Source of the DNA: a virus
Lineage: Duplodnaviria; Caudoviricetes
IMG/VR virus record: IMGVR_UViG_3300011443_000052
Span: 1 to 25,356 of that record
Length of the DNA: 25,356 nt
Direction: 5' to 3' (one strand)
Part shown: piece by piece, positions 1 through 7,576 of the stretch
Layout of the letters: every line of letters starts with the position of its first letter
Position numbering within the stretch: the first letter of the stretch is position 1
Notes under the pieces: generated by a model
Told to the model about the DNA's origin: nothing
Seen by the model: the letters and a program-made list of their open reading frames with translations, nothing else
Database searches by the model: none
Translations under genes and position numbers: made by a program

Positions 1-547
1 AGGTCACGCCGCCGTCGAACGTCACCAGCTCGACGACGTCCTGCGCCCCGACGGCCGTGAACAGCGTCGGCGCCGCGCCGCCGCCGGTGCCGTCGGTGTC
101 CTGCCAGTCCACGGTCCCGGGCCACGTCACGGTGAACGAGCCCGCCCCGCCCTGCCGCAGGACGATGGTCAGCACGCCGGCCGTCTGGTCGGTGGGCGGG
201 TTCGTGATGGACAGCGTGCACGCGGCGGTGAGGGTGATGTCCCACCACATCGCCACGTCGCAGTCGATGGTGACCGCAGCCCCGGAGATGGCGACCGTCT
301 CGACGGGCTCTTCCGATGGGGTCGAACCTCCGGGCGCCGCGATCCACGTATCCGTTCCGGCGTCCCATGTCAGGACATCGCCGTCGGTCGGGGTCGGGGC
401 ATCGACGTCGGACAGGCCATCGAGCGGCAGCGGGCTATCGGGGCCGGTCGGCCAGTCAACGTCCTCGCCAGAGACGTCGCCGGGTGCTTCGAGGCTCGTC
501 GGGAGCGGGGTCGCGGGCGTCTCGCGGGTGACCTTCAGGCCGCTCAT
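1..547 (-). CDS. Tail fibre / receptor-binding-like virion protein, 3' end outside the window
   Basis: Not in the ORF track. ATG at 547 overlaps the upstream TGA. Manual translation MSGLKVTRETPATPLPTSLEAPG...LDGLSDVDAPTPTDGDVLTWDAGTDTW...TLSITNPP...LTIVLRQGGAGSFTVTWPGTVDW...APTLFTAVGAQDVVELVTFDGG; the LSDV...DGDVLxWD and TWP..V.W...AP motifs recur in phage fibre proteins. Confidence 0.75.
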   Translation of the reverse strand, partial: MSGLKVTRETPATPLPTSLEAPGDVSGEDVDWPTGPDSPLPLDGLSDVDAPTPTDGDVLTWDAGTDTWIAAPGGSTPSEEPVETVAISGAAVTIDCDVAMWWDITLTAACTLSITNPPTDQTAGVLTIVLRQGGAGSFTVTWPGTVDWQDTDGTGGGAAPTLFTAVGAQDVVELVTFDGGVT

Positions 548-2229
548 CAGGGACCCTCGAACACGAGCGTCATGTCATCGTAGAACTGGCCGCGGCCTAC
601 CTGGAGGAACGTCGTGTTGATGCCCGATGTGCCCCAGTGCTCCACGCCCGTAGCCGCGACCACGTCCCCAGCGGCGAGCGTGTAGTCGCGGAGGTCAACC
701 TCCAGTGTCCACGCGGAGAACCCGCCGACCACCGCTGAGTCCGTCCCGACAACGACGCTATTGACGGTGACGTTGAGCGTCACGGTCTTGTCGGGGATGT
801 AGACCCCGGAGCCTTGGCCGATGCAGCGGATGCGGACCACCATGTCCGCCGACACGGTGATCGAGTGGAACGGCTGCGACCCCTCGTCGAGCGCGATCGG
901 CCCCGTCGTGTCCACGGTGTTCCAGCCGGGGAACTCCAGTCCAGACTCGTAGGCACCGTCCCATTGGATGTTGCCCGTGCCGCCGCCCACCGAGTTGTCG
1001 GAGTCGCTGCGCTGGAGGCCCGCGAACACGTCGCCCTCGAACGGGGGCGGAGGCGGACCATCCACCACGCCGTCGGGGCCGGGGTCGATGACCTGGAGCT
1101 CCATCGGGATGTCCCACACGATTCCCGGACCGAAGGGGCGCGGCTCGGCGGTGAGGATGCGGCAGAGGTGCCAGTCATCGACGCTCGGCCACCAGTGGGT
1201 GCCCTTGACCTTGATGAACATGCCCGCCTTGCACAGCGTGACGCGCTCTTGGAGGATGCCCGACAGCGTCGTCTTGATGCGCACGTCCTGGTCCTGCACG
1301 TCCAGCAGGACGCGATCGGCTCGGGCCTTGAGCTTCGTGAGGGTCTTGACGAGCGGCCGGTTGGCCGTCATGTCCCGGTGCTGGTTGGGCTGCGAGCCCG
1401 AGATGAGGGTGTGCGTCGTCGCGTTGTGGCGGTACGTGGCGCCGGCCGCGTCCGCGCCGGTCATGTAGCAGCCGCAGTATTGCCTCTCGGGACTCTGGGT
1501 CATCGTGGCGTCGTCCGACAGCGGCCACACGACGGCAGTGCCGTCATCGACCAACGCCCTTGTGATCTCGTCGAGGTCGTTGGTCAGGTACATCTCGGAG
1601 TCGTAGATGTCACGGAAGTCGCGGGCGTACCAGATCGTCAGGATGCGGGAGGCACCGACCTTCTGGAAGAAGGCGAAGTGGTTCTTGCCCGACTGCTCGG
1701 CGCAGTCGCCGATGATCTGGCCGAAGTAGGTGCCCCGGTACGACGCGGCGTCCATGTTCACCGGACCCGCACTGCCGAAGTACGTGGTCACGTCCCCGAT
1801 GGCGTCGGCCTCGTCCGTCGAGAGCAGCCACGTCATGCGCTCGACGTCCGTCTCGGCCGGCCGCTCGGTGTCCGAGCCCTTCATCACGATCCGGGCGAGA
1901 TAAGAGTTGGCGTCATACAGCTCGACCTGGATGACCCGCGCGAGCGGACCGACGACCCGGTGCGCGTCGCCCTGCATCCGGGCGATGGTCTGCGCTCCGG
2001 TGAAGCCGCCCCAGATGATGTCGTCCTCCGACTCCGACGCGTCGTCCTCGATGAACCACTGCCGGTGGCCGGCGAGGTCCAGCTCGCCGTCCGGGTCGTC
2101 GAGGACGACGGACCACGACCCGACGGCGCTCTCCTCCGCGCGTGACTGCGTCGTGATGTACCGCGGCGCGTACGCCGACATGTCCACCAGCGACCCGTCC
2201 GTCTCCCGGTAGTAGTGGTGGAGCGTCAT
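547..2229 (-). CDS. Minor tail / tail-tip (hub-like) protein, 560 aa
   Basis: Directly follows the tape measure gene (ATGA overlap); beta-rich body, GPPPPP linker, then a beta-sandwich-like C-terminal domain. Confidence 0.75.
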   Translation of the reverse strand: MTLHHYYRETDGSLVDMSAYAPRYITTQSRAEESAVGSWSVVLDDPDGELDLAGHRQWFIEDDASESEDDIIWGGFTGAQTIARMQGDAHRVVGPLARVIQVELYDANSYLARIVMKGSDTERPAETDVERMTWLLSTDEADAIGDVTTYFGSAGPVNMDAASYRGTYFGQIIGDCAEQSGKNHFAFFQKVGASRILTIWYARDFRDIYDSEMYLTNDLDEITRALVDDGTAVVWPLSDDATMTQSPERQYCGCYMTGADAAGATYRHNATTHTLISGSQPNQHRDMTANRPLVKTLTKLKARADRVLLDVQDQDVRIKTTLSGILQERVTLCKAGMFIKVKGTHWWPSVDDWHLCRILTAEPRPFGPGIVWDIPMELQVIDPGPDGVVDGPPPPPFEGDVFAGLQRSDSDNSVGGGTGNIQWDGAYESGLEFPGWNTVDTTGPIALDEGSQPFHSITVSADMVVRIRCIGQGSGVYIPDKTVTLNVTVNSVVVGTDSAVVGGFSAWTLEVDLRDYTLAAGDVVAATGVEHWGTSGINTTFLQVGRGQFYDDMTLVFEGP

Positions 2230-4487
2230 CCAGCGATGCTCCCGCCGCCGCCGTGGCCGCTGCCGCCTCCGCCAGCCGAGCCGTTGATGGGGCCGTAGCG
2301 CGTCGAGGTCGTCGTCTGCTTCTGGACGTTCGTCGGGGTCACGTTCACTTCGACGGTGGTGGTGACGATGGGGCGGTTGGAGGAGATGGCACTCGTGATC
2401 CGAGAGGCCGCGCTGTTGACCGCCCCGGTTGTACCCGCCAGCCCGGACCGTGCCGTGCTGTCAACGCCACGGGTCGCCTGCCTGACGGCCTCCGTCGCGG
2501 TTTCCTGCGCGTTGCTCGACTCGCGGAGGATGGTCCCGGTGGTCGAACCCGTCTCGCGGATGGCCGTGACCTGGGCCAGCTTCGCCGCCTCGATGGCGCG
2601 GATGCCGGGCTCGGAGAAGCCGGTCGGCCCACCGGTCGGACCGGTGAGCATCCCGGGCTTCGGGTGGTAGTTAGCCCCGAGGAGGTCGCCGAGATCGCCG
2701 AGGAAGTCGGGGTGCGGGGTACTCAGGAAGGTGGACACCTGACCGAGTGCGTCGTTGGTCCGGTCCATCGTGCCGTTGAAGTCGAACACCAGCAGCCGCA
2801 GCGACTCAAGGAACCCGAACGACTGCGTCCGGCTGCGGTCCGCGGCCTGCTGGATGTCGTCGCGCAGGAGGCCCGTGGCCGCGCTGATCGGCCCGACGAT
2901 GGCATCGCCGAGTTGCTTGATGCCCTGTGCGGCTCCGATGCCGAGCAGGGTGGCGATGCCACCCTGGACGAGGTTCGTGAGGTTGAACCCGCCCGGTCCG
3001 CTGGGCGTGGGCCCGCCGCCGGCCACGGGACCGTTGACGTGGACGATGCCAGCGTTGATGCCGAGGACGCCCTTGATCAGGCCCTTGCCTAGCTCGCCGA
3101 CGATGTCGGTGAGTGCGCCGCCCGTGAGCTTGTTCAGCCCCCAGCCGGTGATGACGGCCGTTTGCACCCATGACGGCATCCCGAGGAACGCCTCGACTAG
3201 GCCCTTGGCGAACCCGGCCGCAGCCTGAAGTGAGGCAGTGATGGCTCCCCAGTTCAGGCCCTTGAGCCATCCGACGGCATCCTTGAACCCCGTCGCGAGA
3301 TCCTGCGCGAACCTCTTGATCTCGGGTTGGTGCGCCGACACGAAGTCGGTCATCTCGGACGCGAGGTCTGCCAGCGGCGGGAGAAGCTCCGCGCCGATGG
3401 TGATGGCGGCGTCGTTCAAGTTCGTCTGCAACCGGCCGAGGGCGAACGCGAAGCCCTTGGTGCGCTCGGCCATCTGGCGAGCGGCCTCGCCGCCGTTCTC
3501 GCTGGACTTGTTGACCTTGTCCAGCTCGGCCTCGTACTTGGCGAGGGCCGGACCGGACACCTGGGCCGCGAACAGCACGGCCTCCAGCCGACCGGTCAGC
3601 TTCCCCATCGGGATGCCGAGCGCCTTGGCCTTCTTGCTGATGACGTCGTATGCCTTGGCGAGGCCGTTCTTCTTGGCGAAGGTCTCGAAGTTGATGCCGA
3701 CCTTCTTCTGGAACGCAACCATCGCGGCGTTCGGCTTCTGGAGCGCGACGATCGCGGCTCGGATCTGCGTCATCGCCTCCGCGGCTGGCGTACCCTGCGC
3801 CGTCATGACGCCGAGCGACGCCGCGATCTGGTTGACGCCGACACCGAACTTCGCGGCGATCGGACCCACCTGAGCGAACGACGCGGCGATCTCCGCGGCG
3901 GTGACCTTGCCCGCGGCGATGGCCTCGGCGAACATGTTGGCGTACTTGGTCGCCTTGGTGGCGTCACCGCCGTAGGAGTTGATCGCCGTGGTGAGGAGAT
4001 CCACGGCCTCGGCCGTCGTGGACAGGCCACCGATGGCGAGCGTGTTCGCCGCGACGAGCACCTTCTGCGAGTCAGCGGCCGAGATGCCCGCGGACACGAG
4101 GTCGTAGTACGCCTGCGTCAGGTCTTCCGTCGAGGTGCCGGTGTCCCGCGCCAGCTGACGGATGCGGTCGCCGATGCCCCCGAGTTCGCCCGTGAACGCG
4201 TCGCCCGTCTTCTTGGCGACGGTGTTGATGATGTTCATCTGCGCTTCGAAGTCGCTGGCCTGCTTCGTCGCGTAGATGAGGGCACCACCAGCCGCGAGCG
4301 CACCCAGCTCGATGCCGCGGCCGATGTTGCGGCCCGCGTTGGACGCGCCCTTGCTGATGCTCTTGTTGAGGTTCCCGAACTTCTTGTCGAGCTTGTTGAC
4401 CGAGGCCGTGGCCGTCCTGACGCCCGCGGACAACTTGTCCTTGAGCGTCAGTTCGGCAACCAGCCGCGCCGTATCAGCGGTGGCCAC
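2226..4487 (-). CDS. Tail tape measure protein (TP901-like core), 753 aa
   Basis: Ala/Gly-rich helical protein with ASDFEAQMNIINTV...EDLTQAYYDLVSAG...AVDLLTTAINSYG core; follows the tail chaperone. Confidence 0.93.
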   Translation of the reverse strand: MATADTARLVAELTLKDKLSAGVRTATASVNKLDKKFGNLNKSISKGASNAGRNIGRGIELGALAAGGALIYATKQASDFEAQMNIINTVAKKTGDAFTGELGGIGDRIRQLARDTGTSTEDLTQAYYDLVSAGISAADSQKVLVAANTLAIGGLSTTAEAVDLLTTAINSYGGDATKATKYANMFAEAIAAGKVTAAEIAASFAQVGPIAAKFGVGVNQIAASLGVMTAQGTPAAEAMTQIRAAIVALQKPNAAMVAFQKKVGINFETFAKKNGLAKAYDVISKKAKALGIPMGKLTGRLEAVLFAAQVSGPALAKYEAELDKVNKSSENGGEAARQMAERTKGFAFALGRLQTNLNDAAITIGAELLPPLADLASEMTDFVSAHQPEIKRFAQDLATGFKDAVGWLKGLNWGAITASLQAAAGFAKGLVEAFLGMPSWVQTAVITGWGLNKLTGGALTDIVGELGKGLIKGVLGINAGIVHVNGPVAGGGPTPSGPGGFNLTNLVQGGIATLLGIGAAQGIKQLGDAIVGPISAATGLLRDDIQQAADRSRTQSFGFLESLRLLVFDFNGTMDRTNDALGQVSTFLSTPHPDFLGDLGDLLGANYHPKPGMLTGPTGGPTGFSEPGIRAIEAAKLAQVTAIRETGSTTGTILRESSNAQETATEAVRQATRGVDSTARSGLAGTTGAVNSAASRITSAISSNRPIVTTTVEVNVTPTNVQKQTTTSTRYGPINGSAGGGGSGHGGGGSIAG

Positions 4488-4749
4488 GCGATACCGCCTT
4501 CAGCTTGCGCACGCTCTGATCCTGCTGCCTGCCCTGTTGACGGACTAGGCTGCCGACGTCGAGCTCTGCGAGGACCTGGAGCCTCCACCGGGCCGTGACG
4601 TAGTCGTCGCGGTGTCGTCCGTCGGGATAGTGGAGATCGAGGATCGCCTGGATGGCTTCGGGGGCTGCGTCAGCGACGGCTGGCTCGGAGATGTCGATGC
4701 GTCGGTCGGCGTAGGCCGCGACGACGTCGAGGCCCTCGCGAGCAAAGGG
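4474..4749 (-). CDS. -1 frameshift extension of the tail chaperone (gpGT-like)
   Basis: Slippery heptamer C CCT TTG (XXXYYYZ; + strand 4743-4749) leads into the -1 frame PFAREGLDVVAAY...RWRLQVLAELDVG, which ends overlapping the tape measure start. Confidence 0.75.
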   Translation of the reverse strand, partial: PFAREGLDVVAAYADRRIDISEPAVADAAPEAIQAILDLHYPDGRHRDDYVTARWRLQVLAELDVGSLVRQQGRQQDQSVRKLKAVSRGHR

Positions 4750-5081
4750 AGCATCACCGCCGATGCATACGCCTCGTCGGCCGCGTCCGCGAGGACGGAT
4801 GCGACTTCCCAATTGGCGAGGATGAGCCGGCGGATGTTCGCCCTCGTGACCGGCAGCGCCTTGCCGGCCTCCTTGAGCGACCACGACTCGATGCCGTAGA
4901 GGATGTACCCCTCCGTCAGGATGGCGAGGATCTCGCCCGTCTCCAGGTCGTCGCCCGACTCGGCCCGCCGGATGGCGATGCCGTTTCGGATGGCCGACGC
5001 CTCGACGAACCCGAGCCGCTCCCGAAGCGTGATGGTGTCCTCGTCATGACTCCCGCAGACGCACGGGATCGTGACCTTCAT
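4545..5081 (-). CDS. Tail assembly chaperone (gpG-like), 178 aa
   Basis: ATG at 5081 overlaps the tail tube stop; MKVTIPCVCG...YGIESWSL...VMLPL followed by a Ser/Thr-rich tail; canonical position. Confidence 0.8.
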   Translation of the reverse strand: MKVTIPCVCGSHDEDTITLRERLGFVEASAIRNGIAIRRAESGDDLETGEILAILTEGYILYGIESWSLKEAGKALPVTRANIRRLILANWEVASVLADAADEAYASAVMLPLLARASTSSRPTPTDASTSPSQPSLTQPPKPSRRSSISTIPTDDTATTTSRPGGGSRSSQSSTSAA

Positions 5082-6172
5082 CAGGAGCCCATCTCGCCGA
5101 GTTCGGCGTCGGTCAGGGTGCAGACGACGGTGGACTCCAGCACGCCCGCAGCGCCGGAACCGGAGCCGAGGCCGTTGGGATCGTAGAAGGCGTGACCGGT
5201 AAGGACAATGACGGTGTTGCCGCCGACCTCGCCCTCGGTCCGGGTGTAGTACCGGCACGGCGCCGTCGTGACCCACGAGTACGGCTCGCCCGTGTCCGCA
5301 TCGACGAGCGACGCGAAGGAGAAGCGGACGTACCGATCGACGGCCTGGTCGCTCATCCACGCGTCCGACTCGGAGCCCGAGCCGACGGTGTCGTCCGTCT
5401 TGGCGAAGGTGAACTCGAACTCGATGGAGCGGGTCGCCGTGGCGTACGCCTGCACGTCGAACGACTGCGTGCCGTTGGCGTACCGCTTCTCGTCGATCTC
5501 GCGGGTGAACCGGATGACGCCCATGTGCAGCGCGTCGAGGATCTGGTTCATCGCCAGCGTGTCGGGGTCGCTGCTGATGTAGATGCTCAGGTCCTTGCCG
5601 TAGACCAGCGTCGGGTTCGTATCGACCGCGAGGTCTTCAGGGACGCCCGGGTCGGCCGGCATGTCCGTCGAACCCGTGGAGGCCACGGAGCCGAAGCGCC
5701 ACGTATCCGACACGGTGACGGGGCCGAGGCCCTCGGGGATCGTGAACTCGACGGACTCCAGGATGCCGTCGCCGAACTGATACCAGTCGGTCAGGACGTC
5801 GTCGCCGAAGTTGTAGGTGAACGCGTCCATCGGGTCCACGGTCACGGAGGCGGGCTGGTAGAGCCACTCCAGCGCGTCACCGCTGACGACGGTCGGCTCG
5901 ACGTCGCCGCCGAAAAACCCCGAGAGGCGCAGCGGGATGTTGTTGTAGGCGAGCTGGTCATCGGTGAGATCCGCCGACAGCGTCGGGATGTCACGGTGCG
6001 GCGCGACGGTCGGATCGAGCGAGCCGGTATCGACGTCCGGGTCCGTCCAGTTCAGCTCGACGGACGGGACACCCTTGAACGGATAGGCTCGGGTGGCAGG
6101 GACCTTGGTGCCGAAGACGGCCTGACGGCCGAACAGGTGGCGGCGAAGACGGACGAGGCCCTGAACAGGCAT
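5081..6172 (-). CDS. Major tail (tube) protein, 363 aa
   Basis: Acidic, beta-rich; strong SD GAGAGGAG; lies between the tail terminator and the chaperone. Confidence 0.85.
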   Translation of the reverse strand: MPVQGLVRLRRHLFGRQAVFGTKVPATRAYPFKGVPSVELNWTDPDVDTGSLDPTVAPHRDIPTLSADLTDDQLAYNNIPLRLSGFFGGDVEPTVVSGDALEWLYQPASVTVDPMDAFTYNFGDDVLTDWYQFGDGILESVEFTIPEGLGPVTVSDTWRFGSVASTGSTDMPADPGVPEDLAVDTNPTLVYGKDLSIYISSDPDTLAMNQILDALHMGVIRFTREIDEKRYANGTQSFDVQAYATATRSIEFEFTFAKTDDTVGSGSESDAWMSDQAVDRYVRFSFASLVDADTGEPYSWVTTAPCRYYTRTEGEVGGNTVIVLTGHAFYDPNGLGSGSGAAGVLESTVVCTLTDAELGEMGS

Positions 6173-6232
6173 GGTGCTCCTCTCAATGTGATGCGAGCCC
6201 TACAGACCGGGCTCCGGTCATGGAGCAGGGAA

Positions 6233-6691
6233 CTAGCCGCCGGCAAAGCCCTCCAGCGTGATCCGGGTTGCGTAGTAGGTCTGCGAGGCGGCGTCCCGGT
6301 TGGCGGGTCGCCAGTCGGGCTCCCACGCGGGGATGTCCTCGATGCCTGAGACGCGGATGAGGGTGTTCGCCCCGGCCGCGTGGTAGTTGTCGGTCACCCA
6401 GTCGAGGAACTCGTCGGCGAAGTCGTCGGCCTGCGTCACCGCTTCGAGCGAGTCGAACAGGCCATGCACCAGCAGAACCTCGACAGATAGCGTCCGCTGG
6501 GTCAGGCGCACCGTGAACGAGTCGTCCGTCTCGGGCATCCGGTCCACGAACGCCGTCGGCGGGAACAGGCTCGCGGGACGGCCGGGGTAGACCTGGAGCT
6601 TGACGCCAGCCGCTAGGGCGTAGGCCTTGAGCATCGTCACGGCTGCGGCACGGGCGTCCCGTCGGAGTCGGCTGCGGGTGATGGTGACCAT
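6233..6691 (-). CDS. Tail terminator / tail completion protein
   Basis: VQVYPGRP-like motif (LQVYPGRPASLFPPTAFV), size and position upstream of the tail tube. Confidence 0.7.
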   Translation of the reverse strand: MVTITRSRLRRDARAAAVTMLKAYALAAGVKLQVYPGRPASLFPPTAFVDRMPETDDSFTVRLTQRTLSVEVLLVHGLFDSLEAVTQADDFADEFLDWVTDNYHAAGANTLIRVSGIEDIPAWEPDWRPANRDAASQTYYATRITLEGFAGG

Positions 6692-7095
6692 CAGGCCGCG
6701 TCATTCCACTGCTTGACGAGCTGGTCGAGCGGCGGCTGTCGCCGCAGCGCCTCGTGCGCCATCCGGGCCCGCCACGGCCGCGCCTTGTAGCCGGGGTGCA
6801 TCTTCTTGCTGAAGATCGTCCCGACGCGGTGCGGCTTGACGCCCGCATCGATGAAGTAGCCGGTGTAGTGCGCGGCGATGACGGCCTTGGTCTGGGTCGC
6901 CGTCTTGCGGCGGATGGAGTCGTGCAGCCGTCCAGGTGCGTGCCCGTCGCCCGCCTTCATGGAGGAGGGACGGACTGGCAGCATCGGACGGCCGATGACG
7001 ACGCCCTCGTCGGCCCACGCCTTGCCGATCGGCTTGAACGCGAGCTTCAGCGACTTGAGCCGCTTCTTGAGGTCGTCGGCACCTTGCAGGCTCAC
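6691..7095 (-). CDS. Neck protein (HK97 gp10-like)
   Basis: LQGADDLKKRL...PGRLHDSI...YTGYFIDAGVKPH...HPGYKARPW pattern; basic protein. Confidence 0.75.
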   Translation of the reverse strand: MSLQGADDLKKRLKSLKLAFKPIGKAWADEGVVIGRPMLPVRPSSMKAGDGHAPGRLHDSIRRKTATQTKAVIAAHYTGYFIDAGVKPHRVGTIFSKKMHPGYKARPWRARMAHEALRRQPPLDQLVKQWNDAA

Positions 7096-7256
7096 GACTC
7101 GGGGATCTCCACCATCTCGGGCTCGGGCGGGAGTTCGGTGTGCTGCTCATGCGTGAACGGGTGCCCGGTCGGAGCCGGCTTCTTCTTCTTGGTGACGGGC
7201 GGCTCGGGCTCGGGCTGCTTCTCCCGGGCGCGGATGCGCTCTGCCGTTCGTGACAT
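7092..7256 (-). CDS. Small Pro/Glu/Lys-rich hypothetical protein, 54 aa
   Basis: Below the ORF-track cutoff; MSRTAERIRAREKQPEPEPPVTKKKKPAPTGHPFTHEQHTELPPEPEMVEIPES fills the gap exactly (ATG abuts the upstream TAG, GTGA overlap downstream). Confidence 0.7.
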   Translation of the reverse strand: MSRTAERIRAREKQPEPEPPVTKKKKPAPTGHPFTHEQHTELPPEPEMVEIPES

Positions 7257-7571
7257 CTAGGCCACTCCGAACTTCCGCCGATGCCCGCGCATCAGGCGTT
7301 CGAGGGTCGGGTCGGTGATGGTTTCGGTTGCGGCCTCGGGTCGCAGGCTGATGAGCTCCGCGAGCCGGAGCGCGTACTGCGCGAGGGCGCAGTCCGGTTC
7401 GTCCAGGAACTCGTCCCAGTCCCCGACCCGAAGTTTCGTCTCGAAGATGGCGGACTCCAGCACGCGCTCGGCCGTCACTTCCCAGTCATCGGAAGTGATG
7501 TCTAGCACTTGCTTGAGTTCGTCAAGCGTCGGCCAGTCGCAGACGGCCGTGCCCGAGCCAGAGCCCGCCAT
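7257..7571 (-). CDS. Head-tail connector / adaptor (HK97 gp6 / SPP1 gp15-like)
   Basis: WPTLDELKQVL...ALAQYALRLAELISLRP...DPTLERLM pattern; first gene after the capsid. Confidence 0.8.
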   Translation of the reverse strand: MAGSGSGTAVCDWPTLDELKQVLDITSDDWEVTAERVLESAIFETKLRVGDWDEFLDEPDCALAQYALRLAELISLRPEAATETITDPTLERLMRGHRRKFGVA

Positions 7572-7576
7572 GTCGA

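Noticed and set aside
1-2229. Diversity-generating retroelement or invertible fibre cassette
   Set aside because: No reverse transcriptase, invertase or template/variable repeat pair seen in the window
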